Assembly (NCBI GenBank): GCA_964446835.1
Contig: CAYUQT010000007.1
Coordinates: forward strand, 9,176-73,175
Length of the DNA stretch: 64,000 nt
Direction of reading: 5' to 3'
Origin: an uncultured Planctomycetales bacterium
Lineage (GTDB): Bacteria; Planctomycetota; Phycisphaerae; UBA1845; JAFGLZ01
How positions within the stretch are numbered: position 1 is the stretch's first letter; each line of letters starts with the position of its first letter. A program made the translations under genes and the position numbers. The notes beneath the pieces were generated by a model. That model had not been told where the DNA came from. It saw only the letters and a list, made by a program, of their open reading frames with translations, and made no database searches. Below are positions 36,608-45,657 of this stretch, piece by piece.

Positions 36608-38356
36608 CTACTCGTCTTCGAAATGGGGGCCAGCGAGGGCCTCAAATTCCTTGAGGGTGCTGACTTCACCGCTGAGGACCGACTCGCGAAGGTAGCGGAC
36701 GCGGATCAGCCGGGTCCTGGCCCATCGGCGGGCCCGTGGGGCCTTGTCGGCACTGATCGCGGCATCTCGCAGGAAGATGCAGCCGCAGATGATGTCGATG
36801 GCCGCATCGACGATGCTCCGCCCGTGCAGGTCCATGTAAGTGGTACCGGGCTGCGTCTTGACGAAGGCGACGATCTCGCCGAGGAGTTTGCGGGCCTCGG
36901 TCAGGGCATCGACGACGTCCTTGAGCGTCTCGGGCCAGCTACGCGAGGTCAGCAGGTCATCGATCATCTTCTCGGCGGTACCTGACATGACGCCGCGGAC
37001 GGCGGCGACGACCTGCAGTTGGCTCGTGCCCTCGTAGATTGTGGTAATGCGGGCGTCGCGGAGGTGCCGCTCGCAGGGGTAATCCCGCATGTAGCCGCTG
37101 CCGCCCAGCACCTGGATGGCATTGCTGGCGACGCGGTTGCTCATTTCGGAGCCGTAGTACTTGCTCATCGGGGTGAGCATGCCGGCCAGACGCTTGTAGA
37201 CCCGCTCCTTGTTGCGGAAGGCCTTGAGCAGGTCTTTGTCCGAAGGCGGATCGAGTTCCACCTTGCGCAGCGCACCGTACTGAAGGTCGACGACGTAGCT
37301 CGTCTCGTAGGTTAGCGCGCGGGCTGCGTCGAGGTCCAGCCGCATCTCGATCAGGAGATCGCGGACGGCCGGCAGTTCCTCAATCGCCACACCGAACTGC
37401 TTGCGGCTGTGGGCATAGTTGCGGGCGACGCGATAGGCGGCCTCGCCGATGCCGAGCGACTGGGTGGCGATTCCGATGCGGGCACCGTTCATCAGTGCCA
37501 TCACGTAGGTGATCAGGCCTCGCTGCCGTTCGCCGATCAGCTTGGCGGGGGCATCGTTGAACTGAAGCTCGCAGGTGGGCGAGCCGTGGATGCCGAGTTT
37601 GTCTTCGATTCGCCGGACGACGACCTGCGGTCCCCGTTCGACGAGCAGCAGGCTCAGGCCGCGACCGTCGGTCAACTCGGGCTCGGTTCGTGCGAGCACG
37701 AGCAGGATCTCGCCGCAACCGTTGGTGATGAATCGCTTGACACCCTGGACGCGCCACTGGCCGGTCTCGTCCTGGTAGCCGCGGACCTTGACGGCCTGGA
37801 GGTCGGAGCCGGCGTCCGGCTCGGTGAGGACCATGGCCCCGCTGACCTTGCCCTCGGCGAAGCTCGGGAGGTATTCCTGTTTGATCTCTTCGCTGGCGTA
37901 GGCATTGATGGTCTCGGCGATGCCCTGGAGGCCGAAGAGGTTCATCAGGCCGGCGTCGGCCCGGCTGACCATTTCGGTGGCAATCGTGTAGACCGCGTTG
38001 GGCATGTTCAGCCCGCCGAATCGATAGGGCAGGGTAAAGCCCATCAGGTCAGCCTGGGCGAGCTTTTCGAGCGCCTCGGCGATACCGGGTGCATAGCTGA
38101 CTGTACCGTCCGGATTGAGTGTGGAACCTGTCCGGTCGATACCCTCGGCCCGCGGCGCGATGAATTCGGCGCACAGTTGTCCGAGCGAGGAGAGGACGCG
38201 CCGGTAGTTGTCGATCGCCTCGGCGACGTTGCGGGGGGCGTAGTCGCATTCCTTGGCGTACTTGAAGCCGTCTTCCATGAGCTCGGCCACCTCGGCCAGA
38301 TTCATGGTGTCGAAACGGAATCGAATGTCCGGGTTATCATCGAAGAAGTTTGCCAT
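36608..38356 (-). CDS. acyl-CoA dehydrogenase family protein (long form)
   Basis: Acyl-CoA dehydrogenase N-terminal, middle and C-terminal domain motifs (YEGTSQLQ). Confidence 0.8.
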   Translation of the reverse strand: MANFFDDNPDIRFRFDTMNLAEVAELMEDGFKYAKECDYAPRNVAEAIDNYRRVLSSLGQLCAEFIAPRAEGIDRTGSTLNPDGTVSYAPGIAEALEKLAQADLMGFTLPYRFGGLNMPNAVYTIATEMVSRADAGLMNLFGLQGIAETINAYASEEIKQEYLPSFAEGKVSGAMVLTEPDAGSDLQAVKVRGYQDETGQWRVQGVKRFITNGCGEILLVLARTEPELTDGRGLSLLLVERGPQVVVRRIEDKLGIHGSPTCELQFNDAPAKLIGERQRGLITYVMALMNGARIGIATQSLGIGEAAYRVARNYAHSRKQFGVAIEELPAVRDLLIEMRLDLDAARALTYETSYVVDLQYGALRKVELDPPSDKDLLKAFRNKERVYKRLAGMLTPMSKYYGSEMSNRVASNAIQVLGGSGYMRDYPCERHLRDARITTIYEGTSQLQVVAAVRGVMSGTAEKMIDDLLTSRSWPETLKDVVDALTEARKLLGEIVAFVKTQPGTTYMDLHGRSIVDAAIDIICGCIFLRDAAISADKAPRARRWARTRLIRVRYLRESVLSGEVSTLKEFEALAGPHFEDE

Positions 38357-38432
38357 CTTACACCGTTTGTCTGAGAACCTTCCGCCGCACCACGACCGTC
38401 GGAGATCGCCGGCCGTGTGACGGAGGCGGCCT

Positions 38433-39461
38433 CTACCCTCTTGCCTTGATCGCCTTGATCATCTTGGGAACGACCACGTTCAAATCCCCGACGATGCCGT
38501 AGTGGGCGATCTGGAAAATCGGGGCGTCCGGATCGGTGTTGATCGCGATGATCTTGGCCGACTGGTCCATCCCCGCCCGGTGCTGAACCGCGCCGCTGAT
38601 CCCACAGGCGATGTACAGGGCCGGCCTGACGGTCGTCCCCGTCTGGCCGACCTGATGGTCGCGACCGACCAGCCCGCCATCGACGGCGGCACGGGAGCCG
38701 CCGACCGCGGCGCCCAGGGCGTTGGCCAGGTCCTGGATCAGCTTGAAGTTGTCCCGGCTGCCCACACCGGCGCCGCCGGAAACGATGACGCGTGCCGCCT
38801 TCAGATTGACCGTCTTGGGGCGTCGGTGCTTCTCGATCAGCTTGATCGCCAGATCGGTCGGGTCGATCGCGACGGTTTCGCGCACGACCTTGCCCTTCCG
38901 TTTGGGGTCGGGCGATTCGAGCGACATAACGCCTTCGCGAACGGTGGCCATCTGCGGCCAGCGACGCGTGTTGACGATCGTGGCGATGATATTGCCGCCG
39001 AAGGCGGGGCGAATCTGATAGAGGAGGTTCTTGTGATCGGTCTTCGTGAGGGTGTCGTGATGATCGCCGATTTCGAGATCGGTGCAGTCGGCGGTCAGGC
39101 CGCAACGGCAGTTCGATGCACACCGAGGCGCCAGGTCGCGTCCCATGATCGTGGCACCGTACAGCACGATCTGCGGCTTGTGCTTTTCGATGAGCCGGCA
39201 GACGACCTTGGCATAGCTGTTGGTCTGATAGTGATCCAGCAGCGGGTCATCGACCATGTAGATGTTGTCGGCGCCGTGCCCGATCAGTCGCTCGGCCAGG
39301 GGTTCGATCTTGTGGCCGATGAGCATGGCGCCCACCGAAACGCCGAGTTGGCCGGCCAGTGTCCGGGCCCGCCCCATCAGTTCCAGAGGCACCTCATTCA
39401 ACTGGCCGTCTTCCTGTTCGGCGAAGACCCAGACTTCACCTTTGGGATTGGGTTCGATCAT
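38433..39461 (-). CDS. etfA: electron transfer flavoprotein alpha subunit
   Basis: EtfA FAD-binding C-terminal motif (AARVIVSGGAGVGSRDNF...PALYIACGISGAVQH). Starts at MIEPNPKGEVWVF. Confidence 0.85.
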   Translation of the reverse strand: MIEPNPKGEVWVFAEQEDGQLNEVPLELMGRARTLAGQLGVSVGAMLIGHKIEPLAERLIGHGADNIYMVDDPLLDHYQTNSYAKVVCRLIEKHKPQIVLYGATIMGRDLAPRCASNCRCGLTADCTDLEIGDHHDTLTKTDHKNLLYQIRPAFGGNIIATIVNTRRWPQMATVREGVMSLESPDPKRKGKVVRETVAIDPTDLAIKLIEKHRRPKTVNLKAARVIVSGGAGVGSRDNFKLIQDLANALGAAVGGSRAAVDGGLVGRDHQVGQTGTTVRPALYIACGISGAVQHRAGMDQSAKIIAINTDPDAPIFQIAHYGIVGDLNVVVPKMIKAIKARG

Positions 39462-39549
39462 CACATCACCTTGAGGGGCCTCAGCAGGGGCCCGATATCG
39501 CTCTTCTCCTGCGGTTCGCACGGAATCCGCGTCGATGTCGACGGCGGGT

Positions 39550-40464
39550 CTACCCGATGGTGTGGTCCTCGATCAGGGAGTGGATCATCTCGGTGATCCC
39601 GTCGTCGGTGGGTTCCACCCTCTGGTAGCCGCTGCCGGTCAGCACGATGGTCTGAATACGGTGGACCTTGGTGGGCGAGCCCTTCATGCCGCACCAGGTC
39701 ATGTCGGCGCCGATCTGGTCGAGGTCCCACTGGTCGATGGCCAGGCCGGCGGCGCGAATCGCCTCGAATCGCCGAGTGGCCTCCGCCTGTTTTTCGGCGT
39801 CGGTGGCACTGGGCATGGCCCCCTCGACCTCTCGTTGAATCTCCAGGAGGGCGCGGGCGTTCTTGTATTTCATGATGCGTCGGGCGGCCAGCGGACGTGG
39901 GGTGTTCGCCTCACCCGTGACGGTCAACAGCACGGGCAGATGGGCCTGGACGACCTCCCAGCCGTGGCCGAGATTTCGCCGGGCCTGGAGGGTTCTGTTG
40001 TTCAGCTCGACGCGGGCTTCGACGTAGGTGACCTGTGGGATGCCGAGCTTCTCAGCACATTGCGGCCCGACCTGGGCGGTATCGCCGTCGATGGCCTGCC
40101 GACCACAGACGACCAGGTCGTATTCACCCTGATGTCGGACGGCCTGTGCCAGGATATAGCTGGTGGCGAGCGTATCGGACCCGGCCCCTCGGCGATCGGT
40201 CAGCAGGACGACCCGGTCGGCGCCCCTCATGAGGGCCTCTCGAAGGACCTCGCAGGCCGCCGGGGGCCCCATCGTGATGACGGTGACCGACCCGCCGTAT
40301 TGCTGGCGGACCTGGAGAGCCAGCTCCAGTGCGTTCAAATCCTCCGGATTGAAGATCGCCGGCAAGGCGGCACGATTGACCGTGCCGTCGTCGTTCATCG
40401 CCTTGCCCGTGATCCGTTTGGTATCCGGGACCTGCTTAACCAGAACCACGCAACGATAGGCCAT
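39550..40464 (-). CDS. etfB: electron transfer flavoprotein beta subunit
   Basis: The EtfB N-terminus MAYRCVVLVKQVPDT is typical. Confidence 0.85.
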   Translation of the reverse strand: MAYRCVVLVKQVPDTKRITGKAMNDDGTVNRAALPAIFNPEDLNALELALQVRQQYGGSVTVITMGPPAACEVLREALMRGADRVVLLTDRRGAGSDTLATSYILAQAVRHQGEYDLVVCGRQAIDGDTAQVGPQCAEKLGIPQVTYVEARVELNNRTLQARRNLGHGWEVVQAHLPVLLTVTGEANTPRPLAARRIMKYKNARALLEIQREVEGAMPSATDAEKQAEATRRFEAIRAAGLAIDQWDLDQIGADMTWCGMKGSPTKVHRIQTIVLTGSGYQRVEPTDDGITEMIHSLIEDHTIG

Positions 40465-40704
40465 CTTTGGCGCACTCCAAGCCCCCCTGCCGCACTTGAT
40501 GGCATGGGGAAAATTAAGACGATACCGCCTGCGATCAATGCCGTCAACCTTGTGGGGGCGGTCGTGTAGTCCCCCGGGGGTGCCAAATCCTGACAGGGTG
40601 ATGTTTCATTGAGGGGCATGACAATCCGGATGCACCCGCAGTCGTGCGGTCCTATTGTCTGGGACGCGATGTCGAGCGTCGCGTGACCCGCTGATTGTGC
40701 GTGC

Positions 40705-40953
40705 TCATTTCTTGAGAAGGTCCGAATACGTGCCCATGCGCTCGAAGATGATACGTTCGTGGTCGATTTTGTAGATCAACACCCAGTCGGATTCAATGTG
40801 GCAATCTCGCCGACCAACGTGGTTCCCGAGGAGCTTGTGGTCGCGGTGAATGGGGTCCGGCGATTGGCCGGCGATCTTCCCCAGGTGACCGGTGCGTTCT
40901 GCGCGGCTATATTGGGCCACATGACGTAAGTAATCCGTCCCAATTGAGTACAC
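40705..40953 (-). CDS. YafQ/RelE-family type II toxin (orphan, possibly degenerate)
   Basis: The C-terminal region RDHKLLGNHVGRRDCHIESDWVLIYKIDHERIIFERMGTYSDLL closely parallels the E. coli YafQ catalytic region (KDHPLQGSWKGYRDAHVEPDWILIYKL...FERTGTHAALF). GTG start. No antitoxin ORF on either side. Confidence 0.6.
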   Translation of the reverse strand: MYSIGTDYLRHVAQYSRAERTGHLGKIAGQSPDPIHRDHKLLGNHVGRRDCHIESDWVLIYKIDHERIIFERMGTYSDLLKK

Positions 40954-41050
40954 TCATGACAGTGACGGATCGCGCGTTCCGGTGTGGCAGCGTCGTCTTT
41001 CGGCTCGGAAGAGAATCATCGGTGGCGAACAATCAGACCGGCAGTCCTCT

Positions 41051-41947
41051 ATGAACGTGATTGATTTTCAATCCGTCAGCAAGAGTTACGGCGCCGTGCG
41101 GGCATTGGACGAGGTGACGTGGACATTGCCGGCCGGGCAGTTGCTGGGCTTCCTTGGGCCCAATGGGGCCGGAAAGACCACGGCGATTCGGATCATGCTG
41201 GGATTTCTGCGGAGAACCAGCGGCACCGCACGACTGTTCGGCATGGACGCCTGGCGAGAGTCGTCGAAGGTGCGTGCGCAGGTGGGCTACCTTCCCGGTG
41301 ACGTGCGACTCTATCCCAGTCTGACCGGCGAACAGACGGTGAGGTTTGTGGCCGGTGCTCGCGGCGCCGGGGGGGGCGTTGATGCGGAGCGGTTGGCCAG
41401 GGTCTTCGATCTGGACCTGCGGCTTCGCGTGCGGACCTACTCACGGGGCATGCGTCAGAAGCTCGGCCTGATCCTCTCGATGATGCACCGGCCCGCGCTC
41501 CTGATCCTTGACGAGCCTTCCTCCGGATTGGATCCGCTGATGCAGCAGGTTCTCCATGAGGAGTTCCGCCGGACCGTCGCGGAGGGCCGGACCGTGCTCT
41601 TCAGCAGCCACAGCCTGCCGGAGGCCGAACAGCTCTGCGAACGGGTGTTGATCCTTCGCAGAGGCCGGCTCGTGGCCTTGGAGAGCATTGCGGAGCTGCG
41701 ACGGCGAGCGGGTCATCGGGTCACGCTGGCCTTTTCGGGCTCCGTCGAAGGGCATCCGCCGGCGCCGAGCGGGCTTCAGATCGATCACTCCGCAGGTACG
41801 TCGCTTCGCGGCCGTTGGCATGGTGACATCGCGGTATTGATGCGATGGCTGGCCACGCTTCCTCTTCAGGATGTCATGATCGAGCCGGCGGACCTGGAGG
41901 AACTCTTTATCGACTACTATGAGGCCCCTGCGGAGGCCCAACGATGA
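41051..41947 (+). CDS. ABC transporter ATP-binding protein (ABC-2 type exporter ATPase)
   Basis: Walker A GPNGAGKTT, signature SRGMRQKLGL and Walker B LLILDEPSSGLD. Confidence 0.8.
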   Translation: MNVIDFQSVSKSYGAVRALDEVTWTLPAGQLLGFLGPNGAGKTTAIRIMLGFLRRTSGTARLFGMDAWRESSKVRAQVGYLPGDVRLYPSLTGEQTVRFVAGARGAGGGVDAERLARVFDLDLRLRVRTYSRGMRQKLGLILSMMHRPALLILDEPSSGLDPLMQQVLHEEFRRTVAEGRTVLFSSHSLPEAEQLCERVLILRRGRLVALESIAELRRRAGHRVTLAFSGSVEGHPPAPSGLQIDHSAGTSLRGRWHGDIAVLMRWLATLPLQDVMIEPADLEELFIDYYEAPAEAQR

Positions 41948-42759
41948 ACCGGGCGCTCGTCTTCAAGGTCTTTCGTGACTATCGGCTGTTGTTTGTGCTG
42001 GTGTTCATCGCCGCGGTCGTGCTGCCGCTTCTGATCATCAAGGCATTCGCGTCGACACCGATCGAACTGGTCAGCCAATGGATGAAGCTGCCTCTGGTCC
42101 GCAATTTCTTTCGCATGCTCATGGGGGCGGACCTGACGCACATGCTGAACAGCACGAGTTTCGCGGCATTTGCTTTCGTTCATCCGCTGATGTTGTCGCT
42201 GGTATGGGCCTTTCTGATTGCCGCGTGCACGGCGATTCCCGCGGGAGAGGTCGATCGGGGCACGGCGGATCTGCTGTTGTCACTGCCTATCTCGCGGTGG
42301 GGCGCCTACGTTTCGGTCTCGGCGGTCGTTCTCTTCTGGGGAGCTATACTGGGCTTCGCTCCGTGGTTGGGAGCGTGTATCAGCGAACGGCTCGGAGAGA
42401 ACCGGGAACCGCTGCAACTGGCCCGGCTGCTCCTGGTTGTTGTGAACAACCTGGCGATGATCGGGGCGGTGGCGGGCGTTGGGATGGCGGTCAGCGCGTG
42501 TTCGTCTCGCCGGGGGGTGGCGGTGGCGGTGTTGTTCGGTTGGCTTCTCGGATCATTCGCGTTGAACTTCCTGGGGACCCTCTGGAGGCCGGCCGAGCAT
42601 CTGGTGTTCCTGAGCGTGTTGAACTACTTCCGACCCCTTATCATCATTCGCGGTGGCGCCCTGGAAGTCCGGAATTTGCTGGTGCTGGTGTCGGTTGCGG
42701 TGATCGGTTGGACCGTTGGGGGTGTGGTGTTCTCTCGGAGAGATATTCGGACAACCTGA
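41944..42759 (+). CDS. ABC-2 family transporter permease
   Basis: Six predicted TM helices. 4-nt overlap with the ATPase gene. Confidence 0.7.
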   Translation: MNRALVFKVFRDYRLLFVLVFIAAVVLPLLIIKAFASTPIELVSQWMKLPLVRNFFRMLMGADLTHMLNSTSFAAFAFVHPLMLSLVWAFLIAACTAIPAGEVDRGTADLLLSLPISRWGAYVSVSAVVLFWGAILGFAPWLGACISERLGENREPLQLARLLLVVVNNLAMIGAVAGVGMAVSACSSRRGVAVAVLFGWLLGSFALNFLGTLWRPAEHLVFLSVLNYFRPLIIIRGGALEVRNLLVLVSVAVIGWTVGGVVFSRRDIRTT

Positions 42760-42992
42760 TTCGCCATCCCAGACGGCCGCGGCGGCCCATATAGGGCCAC
42801 CCTTCAACACATGACATCCTGTGGAGTCCCCTCTTCGGATTCGTCTTTCCGCCTGCGTCCCCCCGTTGGCGCGGGGCGGAGACTTGTCTGCCCTTGCTGA
42901 TGGCGGGGCTGTATGATGTGCTCGATAGGGGTTGCCCGAGAAGGTGATGGTCTGCACGGATCGGGAGCCAGGTGCTGGAGATGCTGGAGGTG

Positions 42993-44150
42993 ATGATGAG
43001 TCGTCGGGGCAGTCGTATCTGTATCGGGATATTCAGCGTTCTTCTGTTTGTCGGCGGGGTGTCTGGCCAGACGACCCGCATCAGCTTCACCGGGCTCGAT
43101 GAGGCCGCGCTACGAAGCGAGACGATACAGCGCCTTCGGCGGTTTGCGCAAACGTTCAAGGGGCAACCCGCCGCGGCAGAGGCGCAGCGACTGGCGGACG
43201 AGGACAGCAAGACCACGAATCCGCACGCGTGGATCGGCGGCACGCTGGAGTGGGTCGATCGGTCGCTGAAGGCGTGTCCGCCCTCGGCACAGGAGAACCG
43301 GGAGATTCGCAAGGCGATCCAGATGATTCTGGACTATCCCCTTCATGTCCCTCGCAGTCACCTGCCCGTGTCGTCGGATTACGGGCCGGAATGGGCCGAG
43401 GCGACGGGGCGACACTTTCAGAGGGTGGTGGCGCCGGCGATCGAGCAGATCGGATCGACCCGAACCGATCGCGGGCTGGACATATGGAAGATCTACAACA
43501 TGGGGTTCGTGGTCCGGTCGAAGAACCACTGCGTCGGGTTCGACATCATTCCGGGCATGGTGAAAGAGCCCTACGCACTGTCAAACGAGCAGATGAAGGT
43601 GCTGACGGATCGAATGGAGATCCTGTTCATCTCGCACGCCCACATGGATCACCTCGATTACCGCTTCGTCCGTCGCATGCTTGATGCCGGCAAGAAGGTG
43701 GTGCTGCCCGCGGCGGTGGCGCGAGACTTGAACCACGGCTCGGTCATTCGCCTGTACGACGACTATCAGAAGCCCCACGAGATCAGCGGCATGAACGTCT
43801 ACTGCTGGCCCGGCTGGCAGAGTCGGCCGGTGGCAATGGGCGTTTACGCCGTGAATATGGACGGGCACTGGGTGGCGCACAACGGCGACAACCTGCGCAG
43901 GGAGATTTACGCGGAGATCCCCAAGCGTTGTGCGGTGGACGTACTGCTGGGCAACTGCTGGTCGGGATTCGGCGTCCTGGCGGAGGCCACGCGGCCCAAG
44001 CTGATGATTACGGGGCACGAGAACGAGCTGGGCCATAAGACCGGCGGCCGTCGCGGATTCGGTGAGACGTATCACAACCTCGATCTGATGACCGTGAAGG
44101 TCGAGACCCGCATCATCGATTGGGGCGAATGCCTCCACTGGGAGCCCTGA
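42993..44150 (+). CDS. secreted MBL-fold metallo-hydrolase
   Basis: Signal peptide. The metallo-beta-lactamase fold motif ISHAHMDH plus downstream His/Asp ligands. Confidence 0.65.
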   Translation: MMSRRGSRICIGIFSVLLFVGGVSGQTTRISFTGLDEAALRSETIQRLRRFAQTFKGQPAAAEAQRLADEDSKTTNPHAWIGGTLEWVDRSLKACPPSAQENREIRKAIQMILDYPLHVPRSHLPVSSDYGPEWAEATGRHFQRVVAPAIEQIGSTRTDRGLDIWKIYNMGFVVRSKNHCVGFDIIPGMVKEPYALSNEQMKVLTDRMEILFISHAHMDHLDYRFVRRMLDAGKKVVLPAAVARDLNHGSVIRLYDDYQKPHEISGMNVYCWPGWQSRPVAMGVYAVNMDGHWVAHNGDNLRREIYAEIPKRCAVDVLLGNCWSGFGVLAEATRPKLMITGHENELGHKTGGRRGFGETYHNLDLMTVKVETRIIDWGECLHWEP

Positions 44151-44177
44151 GCGGGACCCAGCGGCGAATGACCGTGT

Positions 44178-45341
44178 TTATTCCTTCTCGGCCTTCCCCT
44201 TGGCCTGGATGCGGTTCATCGTCACATCGTTGATATCGAAGAGCTTCTCAAATTCCCCTTCGGCGAGTTTGGGGGCCAATTCTTCGCCGCTGCAGCGGGC
44301 CTTGATGCGATAGCTGGCGGTGTTCTTGCTGAACTCCATCTGGACGCTTCCGATCATGCCGGTCATCTCGGCCAGCCGTTTCTTGATATTGTTCGCCGCG
44401 CCGAACTTGACCTGGCTGACTTCGAGGACGATCTCGTTCTGACCGGTGGAAGAGCGTGCCCAGTTCTGCATGACGGTGACGTAGAGTTTTTCGATGAGGG
44501 CCTCACCGGCGGCGGAGAGGGCGGCCTTGCCGGCCTGGGGGCTCCGGGTGGTTCTGCCCCGTGCCCCGCGGCGCGTGACCGGAATGGACTCGGAGGCCAG
44601 CAGCCGGGCCGAATCGGTGTAGTAGCACTTGGCCATCGCGTCGCAGTTGTAGAACACGGCGGAGACGCCGTAGAGATCGGCGATTTCGGCGAAGTTGGCG
44701 TTGGCGTGGCCGACGATGTAGACCTGCGCCTTGAAGTTCTTGGCGATCCGCTGAACCTTGGTCACGTCGTTTTCCGCGGCCGCGTCGACGGATTCTTTCT
44801 TGAAGATCTCTTCCATCGCCGCCTTCTCGACCATATCGAAACCCGACTTGATCAGCCGCTCCTCCAGCTTGCTTTCGAGGATACTGCCGCTGTCGAGGAC
44901 GTTGTCGATCTTCTCCTGGATACAGACCATGACCCTGGGGCGGCCGATCTTCTCGAGCAGGATCTGCACCTCGCCCCAACGGGTGGCGACGGCTTTCTTA
45001 TCGACGATCGCCCGCATCTTGCAGGTGAAGACGCCGCCGGCATCGCCCTCTTCCGTGATCTTGTAGTCGACGACGATGCCCTCGCTGCGGCTGACGATAG
45101 TGTCATGGACCAAGGTGAAGTTCTCGGCCTGACTGTGCGAGGCGATCTCCTGCTTGCCTCCCACTTCGATCGCCTTGCGCAGGGCGTCGGCCTTGGCCGA
45201 CTCTTTATCGGTGCCCTCACCCGTAACGACGACCGTGACCTGCATCGTCTCGGTGGCCTTGGCGGGCTCCTCGGCAGCGAGTCTCGCCATCGGTGAGAGA
45301 CAAACAACCCACAGGGCCGCAATGTGCAGAGAACGAGTCAT
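44178..45341 (-). CDS. periplasmic lipoprotein of unknown function
   Basis: GGAGG RBS. Signal peptide with Cys (LWVVCLSP). Lys/Glu-rich domains. The ORF-track N-terminal 106 aa are likely non-coding. Confidence 0.5.
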   Translation of the reverse strand: MTRSLHIAALWVVCLSPMARLAAEEPAKATETMQVTVVVTGEGTDKESAKADALRKAIEVGGKQEIASHSQAENFTLVHDTIVSRSEGIVVDYKITEEGDAGGVFTCKMRAIVDKKAVATRWGEVQILLEKIGRPRVMVCIQEKIDNVLDSGSILESKLEERLIKSGFDMVEKAAMEEIFKKESVDAAAENDVTKVQRIAKNFKAQVYIVGHANANFAEIADLYGVSAVFYNCDAMAKCYYTDSARLLASESIPVTRRGARGRTTRSPQAGKAALSAAGEALIEKLYVTVMQNWARSSTGQNEIVLEVSQVKFGAANNIKKRLAEMTGMIGSVQMEFSKNTASYRIKARCSGEELAPKLAEGEFEKLFDINDVTMNRIQAKGKAEKE

Positions 45342-45657
45342 GCGAAGACCTCCGAATCGGGCGAACCGATCGACGAACGGTTGCGGAGCCCGGCTCCGCA
45401 GATTCTGGAACTCCATTCTCGTGGAAGCCGGGTCCAGGTCAAGCGGTTCGGGACGCATCGGCGACGGGTGCTTGCGGGAATTGTGGGTTCGGCGACCTGC
45501 CTGAAGACGGATGATGCTATGGCTCGGCGGGTGCACGCCGCTTTGTCTAAGGCCCTTAGCGGCAATTGGCAGGAGGGGGTCTTGTGCTATGATACCGATT
45601 CTGCGCCGAGCGTCGGGAGGAGGACGGCGGCGGGGTTTTGACAGAAGGGATCGATCC

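Noticed and set aside
38502-39596. 364-aa plus-strand ORF across etfA
   Set aside because: Antisense to a well-conserved EtfA. The translation is low complexity.
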